Positions 26,200 to 38,400 of a stretch of 64,000 nucleotides of DNA are shown here, in pieces; position 1 is the first letter of the stretch, and each line of letters begins with the position of its first letter. The translations under genes and the position numbers were made by a program. Origin of the DNA: Chrysomallon squamiferum (taxonomy: Eukaryota > Animalia > Mollusca). Below the pieces are notes generated by a model that did not search any database, was not told the DNA's origin, and saw only the letters and a program-made list of their open reading frames with translations. The stretch lies in contig CM022666.1 of the NCBI GenBank assembly GCA_012295275.1, positions 9,610,001 to 9,674,000 of the forward strand, written 5' to 3'.

Positions 26200-27583
26200 A
26201 GGATTCACTATGATAAAAAACAAAGACTGATTTTTAAAGAAAAAATCAGAATGCTTAAATTTAAAGAGATTTTCTAAAGCATATGCCATTGCTGATAATG
26301 GAGGACTGAGATATATAATATCTCCTTTAATATATCAAAGAAAGTTAAATCATATAACATTGGTGAAGAGATCATAATGTCAGCGATTAAAGATGTGATT
26401 GAAAATAAAGTCAGACACTCAGCCTATTTTATAATACATACCATTAAGTGCAAATACTGTCCAACAATGCATTGATGAGATGGCCAATGATGTGGAAAGA
26501 AACTTGACATCAGAGCTTCAACATTGCAGGTTTTCTATTCATCTCGATGAATCAGCTTTTGATGGTTCAAATATTCTCATGGCTTATATGAGGTATTACA
26601 GTCCAAGCCTAAAGTGTGTTGTTCATGAATTCTTGATAATAAAGCCAAAGATGAGACAATTTTTGCATGTTTGGGGGATTTGAAGAAACACATTGTTCCC
26701 CTGGGAATATTAATTCACTGACTTCAGTGGTGGACCAGCAAAGGTTAGTTGTTAAGAGGATCAGCTGCCTTACCTAATGAAAATGTTCCCAATGTACCTA
26801 CCATTCACTGTTTTACATGGATACCATCTCATAGCCAAGAACTGCATGATGTCTTAAAAGTGTATCGGTCGATCATTAAAATTAAAGCACATCCTCTCAA
26901 TTCACGACTGTTTGCAATGTTATGTGAAAAATATAATGAGACTTTGAAGAAATTACTTTTGCTGTGGAGTTTCTTTCAGAAGTGGACCTATTAGTATGAA
27001 ACCAGTTGAAAATATGTAAGAATCATTGGTTTTATTTGGCAGACCTATCTACTTGTATTCAAAATTGTATGAAGTATAGAAACATCTGCAAGGTAAAAGA
27101 TGTTACAAGTATTCAAACTAAATAATACTAATACACTTCCAAGTCAAATAGAACTATTTAAGTTTTCACTGGTGCATAAAATTTTAAAATACTTTTCAAC
27201 TGGAAGCTGATAAAAAAAATGATTTGGATATATATATATATATACTAAATGTGCTTACTCATCTGGATTGTTACACTATCAAATGTCATTTAGAAGACAA
27301 ATTCATTGATATGTGTATGGATCTCAAAGATAAATCATTGTTCAGAAGTAAAAACCTCAGTGACTATTGGTGTAGTGTAAATACTGTTATTAAACACCTC
27401 AAACTTAGTGCAGCAATTAAGCCATTTTCACTTGCATTCCCAAGTTTATACATGGTTGAAGCTGGTTTTTGCCATGCAAATGCAGTTCTAACAAAGAACA
27501 TACTGATTCTGGAAGAACTCACCAATATCCTAACAAATATCAGTGTCCTTGTTGATGGTCATCAAACACATCCTTCCTGCTAA
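26200..27583 (+). mobile_element. Decayed hAT (Buster/Charlie; SCAND3/ZBED5/FAM200-like) transposase
   Basis: Fragments YNIGEEIIM, IPLSANTVQQCIDEMANDVE...FSIHLDES, IKAHPLNSRLFAMLCE, AFPSLYMVEAGF and C-terminal HQTHPSC, with many frameshifts and deletions. Confidence 0.85.
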
Positions 27584-28415
27584 TAATATCAACCAATTCA
27601 ATAAAAAATATCTTAATTTATTTTTAATGTTTTTAATATTATTTATGAAGTTTCTCTTTCATAATTATTATTGATGTTAGGTTTAATTTTGAAACTAGTG
27701 GTAATGCAAATGAGAAGTTCAGCTTGTCTGTCTGTCACAAAATTCCTCCAGCACTATGACTGTAAATTGATTTTCCTTTTTGTTTCCCTATATTTCATGA
27801 GAAGATATTCAGAGGGGCAGGGGATACACAACAAGAGTTTCGCAGGGCTTGGTATGTAATTGTATGCACTAATGTACTTTGGAACTGTACATCAACTTAA
27901 TCACTATTATTTTTTTTTTTTTTTTTTTTTTTTATTACCTGCCTTGGGATAGATGAAGAAAAAAACATTCCATGATCTAAAGATAGTTCTACATTAACTT
28001 TTCAACATATTAAAGAGATGTAGTTAGAGATCAGGTTAAAATGATGAATGACCATGTACCAGCTTCAATATTAAAAAAATATACAAAAAAAAAAACGAAA
28101 AAAAAAAGAATCTTAAAACTATATATAATTCAAAAGAAAAAATAATAATAATAAAAAAAAGATCCTTCTACAATTTTACATGATTTTACAAATGTAGCTA
28201 GTATTTCAAGTAACTCTCTCTAGCAGTTTTTACATAAAGCTAAAATCAAAACTGAATTATGTAAAAACTACTAGAGACATTACGTTGAAATCCTGGATGA
28301 TAAGATATAATGTCCATTTCTTTACTTATGCATACATTTTTGTAAGGCTTGAAAATGTGTTATGTGAAATGTGAGGTGTTGACAGTCCAGTGTATTTTTC
28401 TTTTGGCCACCCAAT

Positions 28416-28417
<2 letters not shown>

Positions 28418-28467
<50 letters not shown>
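28418..28467. repeat. (CT)n microsatellite
   Basis: Perfect dinucleotide run. Confidence 0.95.
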
Positions 28468-28473
<6 letters not shown>

Positions 28474-28695
28474 AATATTCTATCGCCTTTGATTTTCAAA
28501 TTAGTCGTATTCAGGAGAATTAGACCGAGATATCACTATACAACCCCCCATCCCCTTTGCAATAAGCTGGATTAAAAAAGCTGTTGAACCTAACAAGGCG
28601 CGTGCGACGCGTGCTAAACGAGCGATTTTTCTTTTAGAAACCACTGATTTCAGTCGCAGTATCCTGACTGAACGCACACGGGTACATTTCATTCA

Positions 28696-28783
28696 GACGT
28701 TACAAGTACTTTATCAACGTACAAAGATAACGACAGAAAAGAAAATGCCTGGAAGAATATCGGAAAAACTCTAGTCCTACCTA
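28696..28783 (+). mobile_element. MADF (Myb/SANT-like) domain fragment, probably PIF/Harbinger-derived
   Basis: DVTSTLSTYKDNDRKENAWKNIGKTLVLP followed by a|gtaagt. YKD...K.NAW..I...L is the MADF pattern. A CpG-rich patch lies just upstream (28595-28680). Confidence 0.55.
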
Positions 28784-28948
28784 GTAAGTAATGTATGTGT
28801 TTTATTAGTAACAAGCACGTATAAGCTTCTTGGACGGTTCAGTCCTAACCACGGGTGGGGGAAAAGAGCAGCTCCCCCCCAGAAACACAAACACAGTGAA
28901 GAAGATGTTAATGTTTTGTTAATTATTCACAAATTAACTGTTTTATTA

Positions 28949-29280
28949 CGCTTGTCATCTTGTTAAACATCCATATCTGTCTGTCTCTCTGGCTGTCTGT
29001 CTGTCTATCTATCTGTCTGTCTGTTTGTCTATCTATCTGTCTGTCTCCGCCGAACCAACAGCTAGCATATGATATTTATTTTTTACTTATATTTTTTTAT
29101 TTGAAGAGAAAACTGTTTTAAAGATAAATACATGCATCAGTGTCCCAGCTTGTCATCTTGTTAAACATCCATATCTGTCTGTCTGGCTGCCTGCCTATCT
29201 GTCTGTCTGTCTGGCTGTCTATATGTCTGTCTATCTGGCTCTCTGGCTGTCTGTCTGTCTGTCTATTTATCTATCTATCA
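28949..29280. repeat. Duplicated gcttgtcatcttgttaaacatccatatctg leader, each copy followed by (TCTG/TCTA)n
   Basis: Same ~30-bp leader at ~28950 and ~29148, followed by tetranucleotide runs. Confidence 0.85.
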
Positions 29281-29560
29281 ACCAATGTGAAACGAAAGTC
29301 CTGTCTCTGAACTGTTAATGATTAACAGTGTTTGTAGAAGTTGTCCTAGTAACTGACTAGTAACTGTTTTTACTTGTAACTAAGACTGTTACAGATACAA
29401 GTTCCAGTAAGAGCTTTAATAGCAACACGTCTTTTAACAGCGTTATAGTAGTAACAGGCTATAGTAATAGTTTTAGTAGTAATAGTATGTTACTAACTGC
29501 TGTTGTACTAGAAAAGTAACAGTTTTAAGTAGTAATGAACTTTATCAGTGTTAGCAAAGC
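29262..29560 (+). repeat. ~300-bp direct repeat, copy 1 (copy 2 at ~32530-32828)
   Basis: tctatctatcaaccaatgt...aaagtcctgtctctga...gaactttatcagtgttagcaaagc occurs twice, ~3.27 kb apart. Confidence 0.9.
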
Positions 29561-29689
29561 CGGATCAAGCAACTGCGGGGCCCGTAGCAAAACATAGCAT
29601 AGGCCTCCTACTACTGGCTCGTTACAAAACTAAATGAACCCCACCTCAACCCCCCCCACTATTATCATAGCTTTACAAATTTCTTGTAA

Positions 29690-30120
29690 TACGTTTGTGT
29701 TTTGTGTGCAGTGTGATATGTATAATGTATTTAATAATGTTGCATCATATCTATTTTGTGTCTGGTGTTGTCCAAATCTCCCTTTTGACTCCCTATGCTG
29801 TCTCTGTGTTTTGTTTGTGGTCTAGTTTGTTGTATGCGTATTCTTTGTGTGTTTTTGATTGTGTGTTTTTGTATGAGTTTTGTTTTATGTGTTATGTGGT
29901 ATGTTTCCTGTGCTATATTGTTTGTCATGTGATGTCATGTTCCATGTGTCATTCCTGTATGATGTAGTTTATGGATGCTCTTGCATTTTTGTTTTGTGTC
30001 TGGTGTGATATATATGTCTGTGTTTAGAGAGCTGTCTTGTCTGTACATCTGTTTTGTGTACACTGTGCTGCTGTTGTCTATGTTTTGGTCCCGGTCTTGT
30101 GTGCAGTAGGTGTGTATATG

Positions 30121-30173
<53 letters not shown>

Positions 30174-31870
30174 TTCTGGCATTTTGTTCCAAATCTGGTG
30201 GTGTGATGTTTTGAGTCCCTTGTCCTGTATATTGTGGGTAATGCATTTTGTATGTTTGTTGTCCTTGCATGTTTGTGTTTTATGTGCAATATATATGCCT
30301 CTGTTTTGTGTCTGATCTTGTCTGTGTGTCTGTTTTGTGTACCCTGTACTCTTGCTGTCTGTATTTTTTATCCAGTTATATTTTTATCTGTTCTGTGCTG
30401 TTCCTGTCTGTTTTGTGAACGGTTTGGTGTAGTGTTTGTTCTGTATATGTGTGTTTGGGTTTTATCTGAGACTTTTGTGTTTTGTGTCATGTCATATGTG
30501 TCCTGTGGTGTGAAGTTTTCTGTGCTTTGTTCTAATTGTACATGTCTCTTGTTGTTGTTGCATGTTTGTGACATATATGTCTGTGTGTTGTATTTGTCTG
30601 TGATATATATTATGTATGTGTGGTTTATTGTATTGTTCTGCAATGAAACAACCACATTGGCACCATACACAACACAAAACAGAACACAGAACACACCCCA
30701 CTGAGTGTAGTGCCTAGTGCGCATGTTATGTGTTGGGGATTTGGTATATGGTATGTTTGGTGCATGTTGTGGTGTTTTCTGTGTTCTCAGTGTGTCTGTT
30801 TTGTGTCCCCTGTGCTGTTGTAGTTGTGAGTGTAGTAGTTTACTGCAGTATGTGCATGTGTGTTTGTGGTGTGTATGTATGTGTGTTTTGTATGATATGG
30901 TATGTGAGATGTGATGTTTTGAATGCTGCAGTGTGCATTTTGTGTTCTTGACCTGTGTGGTGTGTGTAATGTATTCATTTTTTTTTTTGTTGTCTCTGTG
31001 TCTGATCTGTGAACCATGTGCTGCTGTTTTCTGTGTTTTTCATCCTGCTGATATTTTTATCTGTATTTCTTTGTCCCCTGTGCTCTTCCTGTCTGTGTTT
31101 TGTGTCCCCTTTTGTGTGTAGTGTGTGTACTGTGTTTGTGTGTGTGACTGTGTGTTTCATGCGCAAATTTTTTGTTTTGTGTCATGTAGTTGGTGTCCCC
31201 TGATCGGACATTGTGTGTGCTTTGTGCTATATGGTGTGTCTTTTGTGCTTATTGTACATATTTCTTTTTTTTTGCATTATATTTGTGATTTCTGTCCGGT
31301 GTGATGTGTATCTGTTTGTTGTGTTTGTGTGTGATGTATATAATGGTATGTATGATGTGCTGTCTGTGATGGATGTGAGGTTTGTTGTGTCGTTTTGTCA
31401 CCACACAGACACCAAACACAACATGTACACCCTACACAACACAAAACAACACAGAACACACACCACCCACAGTGTAGTGTCTAGACCGTATGTTATGTGT
31501 TGGGGATTTGCTATATGGTATGTTGTTACATGTTGTGGTTTTGTGATGTTTTGTGTGACTTGTCTTGTGGTCTGTTGTTTTTATTGCTGTGGTGTGATAT
31601 TTCATGAGCCTTGTCCTGTGTGGTTTGTGTAATGTCTGTATTATATATGTTTGTGTTTTCTCTCTGATATTGTTTGAGTATTTGTGGTGTGTTTTTGTAT
31701 GATGTTGTATGTGTCCTGTGGTATATTATTTTGAATGGTGCAGTGTGATGTTTTGTGTTCCTTGTCCTGTGTGGTGTGTTTAATGTATGCATTTTTGCAT
31801 GTTTGTGTTTTCTCTCTGATATTGTCTGTGTGTGTGTTCTGTGAAATATGTACTGTTGCTCTCTGTTCAT
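29690..31870. repeat. Degenerate TG-rich low-complexity region including perfect (TG)n at ~30122-30172
   Basis: Composition read directly; internal diverged repeats (30660-30760 vs 31430-31530). Confidence 0.9.
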
Positions 31871-31874
31871 GGAT

Positions 31875-32360
31875 GAAAGTTTGCCACCTTTCGGCTGAAT
31901 TCCGCCTTTTTATTGCACCAAAATTTATTTTTAAAAATCCGTCCCTTTTCAACTTCCATTCATTCTGCCTAAAATTTCCAACTTTTGATCTAACATGGCT
32001 GTGCCCACTGTGGCTGCCATATTTACTTATTTGACACTGGCCAGATTTGTCTTGTGAAGTTACACCTGGCTGAGACCAATGCACAGATCGTATACATTGG
32101 TCGTGTCATGTTGGACAAAATGGTGGTATTGTTTGCGAATGCATTGAAAATCTGTCCATTGGTCGGGATTTTGTGATTTCAGTGGGATGTCGTACAAAGT
32201 TCTTGATTGGTCAGTGGACCTGAAGGTGGTTGAGCGTGGAGTCAAGAACACTTTTTGATGGAATTGGCTTGAAGAAAAGGACAAACTAGGTAATTTTGTT
32301 AGCAAGAGGGTTCGCAAAATGAATCAACCTCAACCTGGTGTTGCTATTTGTGCAGCATAC
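31875..32360 (+). mobile_element. 5' fragment of a hAT-like transposon with transposase N-terminus
   Basis: From ATG 32187: MSYKVLDWSVDLKVVERGVKNTF*WNWLEEKDKLGNFVSKRVRKMNQPQPGVAICAAY. Resembles the GVKN.F.W.WL...RK...PG.A.C start of BED-like fingers in invertebrate hAT transposases (recalled pattern, not searched). Confidence 0.55.
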
Positions 32361-32529
32361 TTAAAATTCCATCAAAGCTGTCTTCAAATTAAAAAAAATT
32401 CTCATCCCCTCCAACTCCCCCCACTGCTGTCTATGCCATTGTGTCCTCAGCCAAAAACATATCCATAATTTGGTAAAATTATTTTAGCCCTTTTTGGGAA
32501 AAGTCACTTTCATCTCTATTTTCTATCTG

Positions 32530-32828
32530 TCTATTTATCTATCTATCAACCAATGTCAAATGAAAGTCCTGTCTCTGAGCTGTTAATGATTAACAGTGTT
32601 TGTAGAAGTTGTCCTAGTAATTGTCTTAATGGTAATAGTACTAGTAACTGTTTTTTCTTGTAGCTAAGACTGTTACAGATACAAGTTCCAGTAAGAGCTG
32701 TAATAGCAACAAGTCTTTTAATAGTGTTATAGTAACAGTTTTAGTAGTAATAGTAAGTTAGTAAAAGCTTTAGTACTAGAAAAGTAACAGTTTTAAATAG
32801 TAATGAACTTTATCAGTGTTAGCAAAGC
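32530..32828 (+). repeat. ~300-bp direct repeat, copy 2
   Basis: Matches 29262-29560 with small indels. Confidence 0.9.
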
Positions 32829-32837
32829 AGTGTTAGT

Positions 32838-33680
32838 TAGACCACACACAGACCACACACCACTCACACCACACACCATATAGGATACGCACTACATACC
32901 ATACACACCACTCACACACACACCACACACAGACCACACACCACTCACACCACACACCATATAGGATACGCACTACATACCATACACACCACTCACACCA
33001 CACACCATACAGGATACGCACTACATACCATACACACCACTCGCACCACACACACACACCACTCACACCACACCACACCACTCACACCACACCACACACA
33101 CACCACACACCACACACCACACCACACACCATATAGGATACGCACTACATACCATACACACCACACACCACACCACACCACACACCATACAGGATAATGC
33201 ACTACATACCATACACACCACTCGCACCACACACACACACACCACTCACACCACACCACACACCACTCACACCACACCACACACACACCACACACCACAC
33301 ACCACACCACACACCATATAGGATACGCACTACATACCATACACACCACTCATACCACACCACACCACACATGATAATGACACACACACACACACACACA
33401 CACCACACACACACAATCACCACACACACCACACACACCACTTTCGCACCACACAAACACCCCCCACACACCATCCACTCCACCCACACCACACAGGCGC
33501 AACATACACACACTCCGTACATTCAACAACCCATACCACATGCACCACACAATACGTACCACACCACACACTTCAAACACTACAAGCACCACATACACAA
33601 TACACCGCACATACCATTCACTCGACACACCACATGCACCACACACCACATACTCCAAACACACCACATGCACCACAGTC
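32838..33680. repeat. CA-rich minisatellite with unit core caccatataggatacgcactacataccatacacaccac (6 copies), decaying into (CA/CAC)n
   Basis: Cores at ~32875, 32955, 33003, 33127, 33183 and 33313. Confidence 0.92.
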
Positions 33681-35419
33681 TCCAAAATACAAAATACGAA
33701 ATACGAACTTATTTTCCATTTACTCACATCTCTCTCTCTGTGTGTTCAAAAACAAAAAAAAACAAGGCTGACACATGCTACAGAACAAAACAAATTTATT
33801 TACATATTTCTGAAGAATGATACAGTTTACAGTGACCAACAAATCAGATGCATGAAATACATAAATGACAATACTAAAATTCTTCTCTTTCTAGTCAATA
33901 ATTTGTGTGTTGAAAGAAATTGCTGTTTCACTACATAATGAAAATATGTTTTGGGCCCTCTGACTTTGGTCATAATATTTGAAATAGACTGGCGTAATTT
34001 ACTTTTCAGATACATACAAACATAAATGGCAAGACTATAAACCTTCTGTACAATACTTTGGTTATTTTTTCCCACTGAAATAGGTGTACAATACATGTGT
34101 ATATCAGACTGCAAGCTTTTGAAATCTCACTTCTAGGGTGTGGTTCATACTATTCTCTGCATAAACACACTCACTGTATGAATGGTTATTAACACACATT
34201 CAATATTTCTGACAATCACTACTCCCTCATACAATCAGAACATCAAAATCAAGAAATAACCATATTTATACCTGGTTTTTGTAAATAACTCAAAATTACA
34301 TGTAACCTCTGGGACTTTTTGTAACCGTTATTACGTTAACTATAAAATTTTATGTTATACTTGATTTCTGTAACCAATGTATTGAGTATGAAATTATAAT
34401 GCATACCTGGTTTCTGTAATGGCTGTTAACAATAAATGTATACACCATATTTCTTAAAGTTATGTAATCTGTTTCTTGTGTAAAATATGCATCTATAATG
34501 TAATGCCTAGTTGCTTTATTGTAATCCTGGTTAACATAAAATTAACTTTAACATTATACATTTTTAAATATTATTAAATAAACAACTGGTGGCACATACA
34601 TGTCACATAAAGACATTTCACATACATACAACAGACTGTTTTATTAATTCTGGTGACCAGCCAATAATGGTGGATATATAAAAAAATAAAACAAGACATT
34701 TGAGGATATAGTTGTAAGCTTGACAAAAAAAAATTGTATATATATATATATCATTAGGTAAGCGTATTACTTTATTCTAACATAGATGATACAAATACAG
34801 ATAGCCTTTACTATCACATTAACAGCTTTCTTAATCTTCTATAAATAATAAATTTGTGCTTTAAATAAGTGAAAAATATTACTATTTATGAAGAGAAGAA
34901 AATAAATATTTATTGAAACTGTGATGAAAACAAAATACTGCCTATATCTACATATACAGATATATACATAAATTGACACTGAAGTTTCGTACCCTGTTTT
35001 ATGTTTTAACAGTTACTTTTAATAGATTGTTTTTATTTGTGATGGACATTTTTCATTTATCCAGTTTCACTAGTATAGCTGAATTTGTTTACTGTTTATG
35101 TGCATGTATGGGGAAGGGAAGAAGCAGAAGTTTTTAACTACAAATTCATCAAGTTCAAATAAAGAAGAACCTTGTTCACAACACACTTTTAATTTTCAAT
35201 GGTAGCATTGGTCGGACTGGGAAATAACTTGAGCACTCAAGATGCTACTTAGCGAACAAGAAACAGAAATCTTGAAAAAAAATATTAAACAATAATTTAC
35301 AAACTGTTTTATTAAACGAGTCATCACGATTTTCAATACTGGTATCAACAAGAAATTCCTAAAACTTAAATGACATAACGGTATTAGAGTTAAAAAGTCT
35401 TTCACCAGCACTTTTTGTT

Positions 35420-38400
35420 ACATCCACTGATCTGTCTGAAGCCTGAAAATGCCAGTCAGAAAAGTGTTACAGAAATTATCTTGCCAGCTAGTGAAAATGA
35501 AGATACAATGTAAGTTATATAATGTCTACGTTCAGCTAATGAACAAAATACAACTTATTTAACACATCTCTCCAATCAAGTGTGTTACAAATACTGAGCA
35601 GAATAGAGAGCAAAGCCTCTAAATAACAGGATCAGGTAATAAAAGTCCTACATAAACACAACAAGACAATTTTCAATTGAAATGTATGTAAGGAGTTTCA
35701 GGTGAAAGAGATTTCACTTATAACAAATGTTACTTGTGAGAAACAGAAATAAGGTGTCACATTTTGGAAAACTCGAAACCAGATATGTAACAACTCGGAA
35801 TGGAGTTTGTGTGGACTGATATTGTGAGAAGAACTTCAACTACATAGAAGTATGCAGTGGTTATGTCAGATGTAAAACGTGTCTTACATGTTTACTTTTG
35901 TGTTAAAGATATAGAATAGTGAAATAATAGCCACTGTTTCCTATTCTATAAATGTCAGTATATAATGTTTTAAAGTAATTGGTGGGAAGTAAGTGCTAGC
36001 AAGATAGATTAAGATGACTGCCTACTATTGGATGGTCATGTGACATGACCGTATATGGCTACCGCTGCCTGGAATTTAAATGGTGGACATTCTCAGAGAG
36101 CAAAGCAATGCATTTTGACCTTGGCCATTGCAGGACCTTAAAAAATTGCTAGTGAAAGTAGGCATTTTTATATTTGGTTTCTACATATGTGCTACAGATT
36201 AGTAGTTAATTTAGATTTATTACTTTCATTTTAATATTTCTATGTCAGGGACTACCTAGCCGTCTTAAAATCCTTTAATTTGAAACCCTGTCTTGTTTAT
36301 TCCTTAGGCACTGAATTTATGAAGTGAGTAACCAATGGGTTACATACATATATATGTTATTCATTATATTATACCTACATACTGGTCTGACTAGATCTGC
36401 TTACCCTGCTCCATTACAAGTGTAAGTGTTATAGTCCAGTGTGTGAGTTCAAAACAAACACCTCAGTACAAGTAACAGAACAGAACAATTAGAAATGTAC
36501 ATGTTATTCAGCTAGTTTTGACAGCTGTAAAATACACAATAAAATATGTTTACACATTTAGCTATTTAGACATGTAAAACACAATGTGTTAACGTTCATT
36601 TTGTATCAAGAAGTATCAGTGTCATAGTCCAGTGTGTGAGTTTAAAACAAACACATCAGTACAAGTAGCACAAGTTCTAAACAGAGAAAGTAAAAAACTA
36701 CACATAATTAACACACACACATTAGTTTGATAGCTGTAAAGCACACAACAAAATATGTTTACACATTTACTTAAGCAGTCCTAATGTAGACTGATCAACC
36801 CTTCACATGGTTAACAGTGTGAGACTTGTGTTTATTAAATACTAATGATTCTAAGGTAGAAACCAGCTGTCTTCTTTCACTGAGATAAACTTATAACAAA
36901 TGTTACTTGTGACAGATTGACATAAGTTGTCACATTTTGGAAAATACAGAACTACACATGTAACAACACAAATTGGAGTTTGTGAGGATAGACACTGTGA
37001 TGAAGAATTTCAAATATCTAAAAATACAGAGCTATTTAGACAGAAGTAAAACACATAATGTGTTAACATGTTCATTTTGTATTAAGAAGTATCAGTGTCA
37101 CAGTCCAGTGTGTGAGTTTAAAACAAACATCAGTACAAGTAGCACAAGTTCTAAACAGAGAAAGTAAAAATCTACACATAATTAACACACACACACTAGT
37201 TTGATAGCTGTAAAGCACAAAATACAATATGTTTACACATTTACATTTGCAGGCTGCTTTTCTCAGGTAATGTTATTAAGAAATGGACATTTAAACAGAC
37301 CTAGAGTACACTGATGAACACCTCTCAAGGGTTGTGACAAACAGACATCAGATGTCACATTTTGGAAAATAAAGAACTTGAAGAAAATCTTGAAAGAATT
37401 AAATGAGTTTAATCTCTTACAGTTGAAAATTTTTTCTACAACACAGACTTTATTTAGGAGCAGGTAATAAAAAGTCCTACATAAACACAAGAAGACAATT
37501 TTCAACTGAAATGAATGTAAGGAGTTTCAGGTGACACAAGTTTTAGAAATAACAAATATTACTTGTGACAAACAGAATTTAGATGTTACATTTTGGAAAA
37601 TACAAAACTAGGTATGTGTCAACTCAGATTGGAGTGTGTGTGGATGTACACTGTCACAATGAAGGTCAAGTATGTAAAACTACACTGTCATAGTCCAGTG
37701 TGTGTTTTTAGAACAAACACATGAGTACAAGTAACAACTTCAAAACAGAAAAACTAGAAATCTATGTTATTAACATACTAGTTTTAACATTTCAGCAGTA
37801 ACAAATGTTACTTGTGACAGTTGTCACATTTTGGAAAATACAGACAGGAGTTTGTGTGGATAGACACTGCGATGAAGAATTTCAATTATCTAAAAATACA
37901 GAGCTATTTAGACAGAAGTAAAACACATAATGTGTTAGCATGTTCATTTTGTATCAAGAAGTATCAGTGTCATAGTCCAGTGTGTGAGTTTAAAACAAAC
38001 ACATCAGTACAAGTAGCACAAGTTCTAAACAGAGAAAGTAAAAAAACTACACATAATTAACACACACACATTAGTTTGATAGCTGTAAAGCACACAACAA
38101 AATATGTTTACACATTTACTTAAGCAGTCCTAATGTAGACTGATCAACCCTTCACATGGTTAACAGTGTGAGACTTGTGTTTATTAAATACTAATGATTC
38201 TAAGGTAGAAACCAGCTGTCTTCTTTCACTGAGATAAACTGACATAAGTTGTCACATTTTGGAAAATACAGAACTACACATGTAACAACACAAATTGGAG
38301 TTTGTGAGGATAGACACTGTGATGAAGAATTTCAAATATCTAAAAATACAGAGCTATTTAGACAGAAGTAAAACACATAATGTGTTAACATGTTCATTTT

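Noticed and set aside
29262-32828. LTR retrotransposon bounded by the 300-bp direct repeats
   Set aside because: No TG...CA ends, primer-binding site, polypurine tract, target duplication or gag/pol remnants seen.
29634-33938. Cys/Val-rich and His/Thr-rich ORFs
   Set aside because: Translations of TG/CA low-complexity DNA, open on both strands and in several frames.
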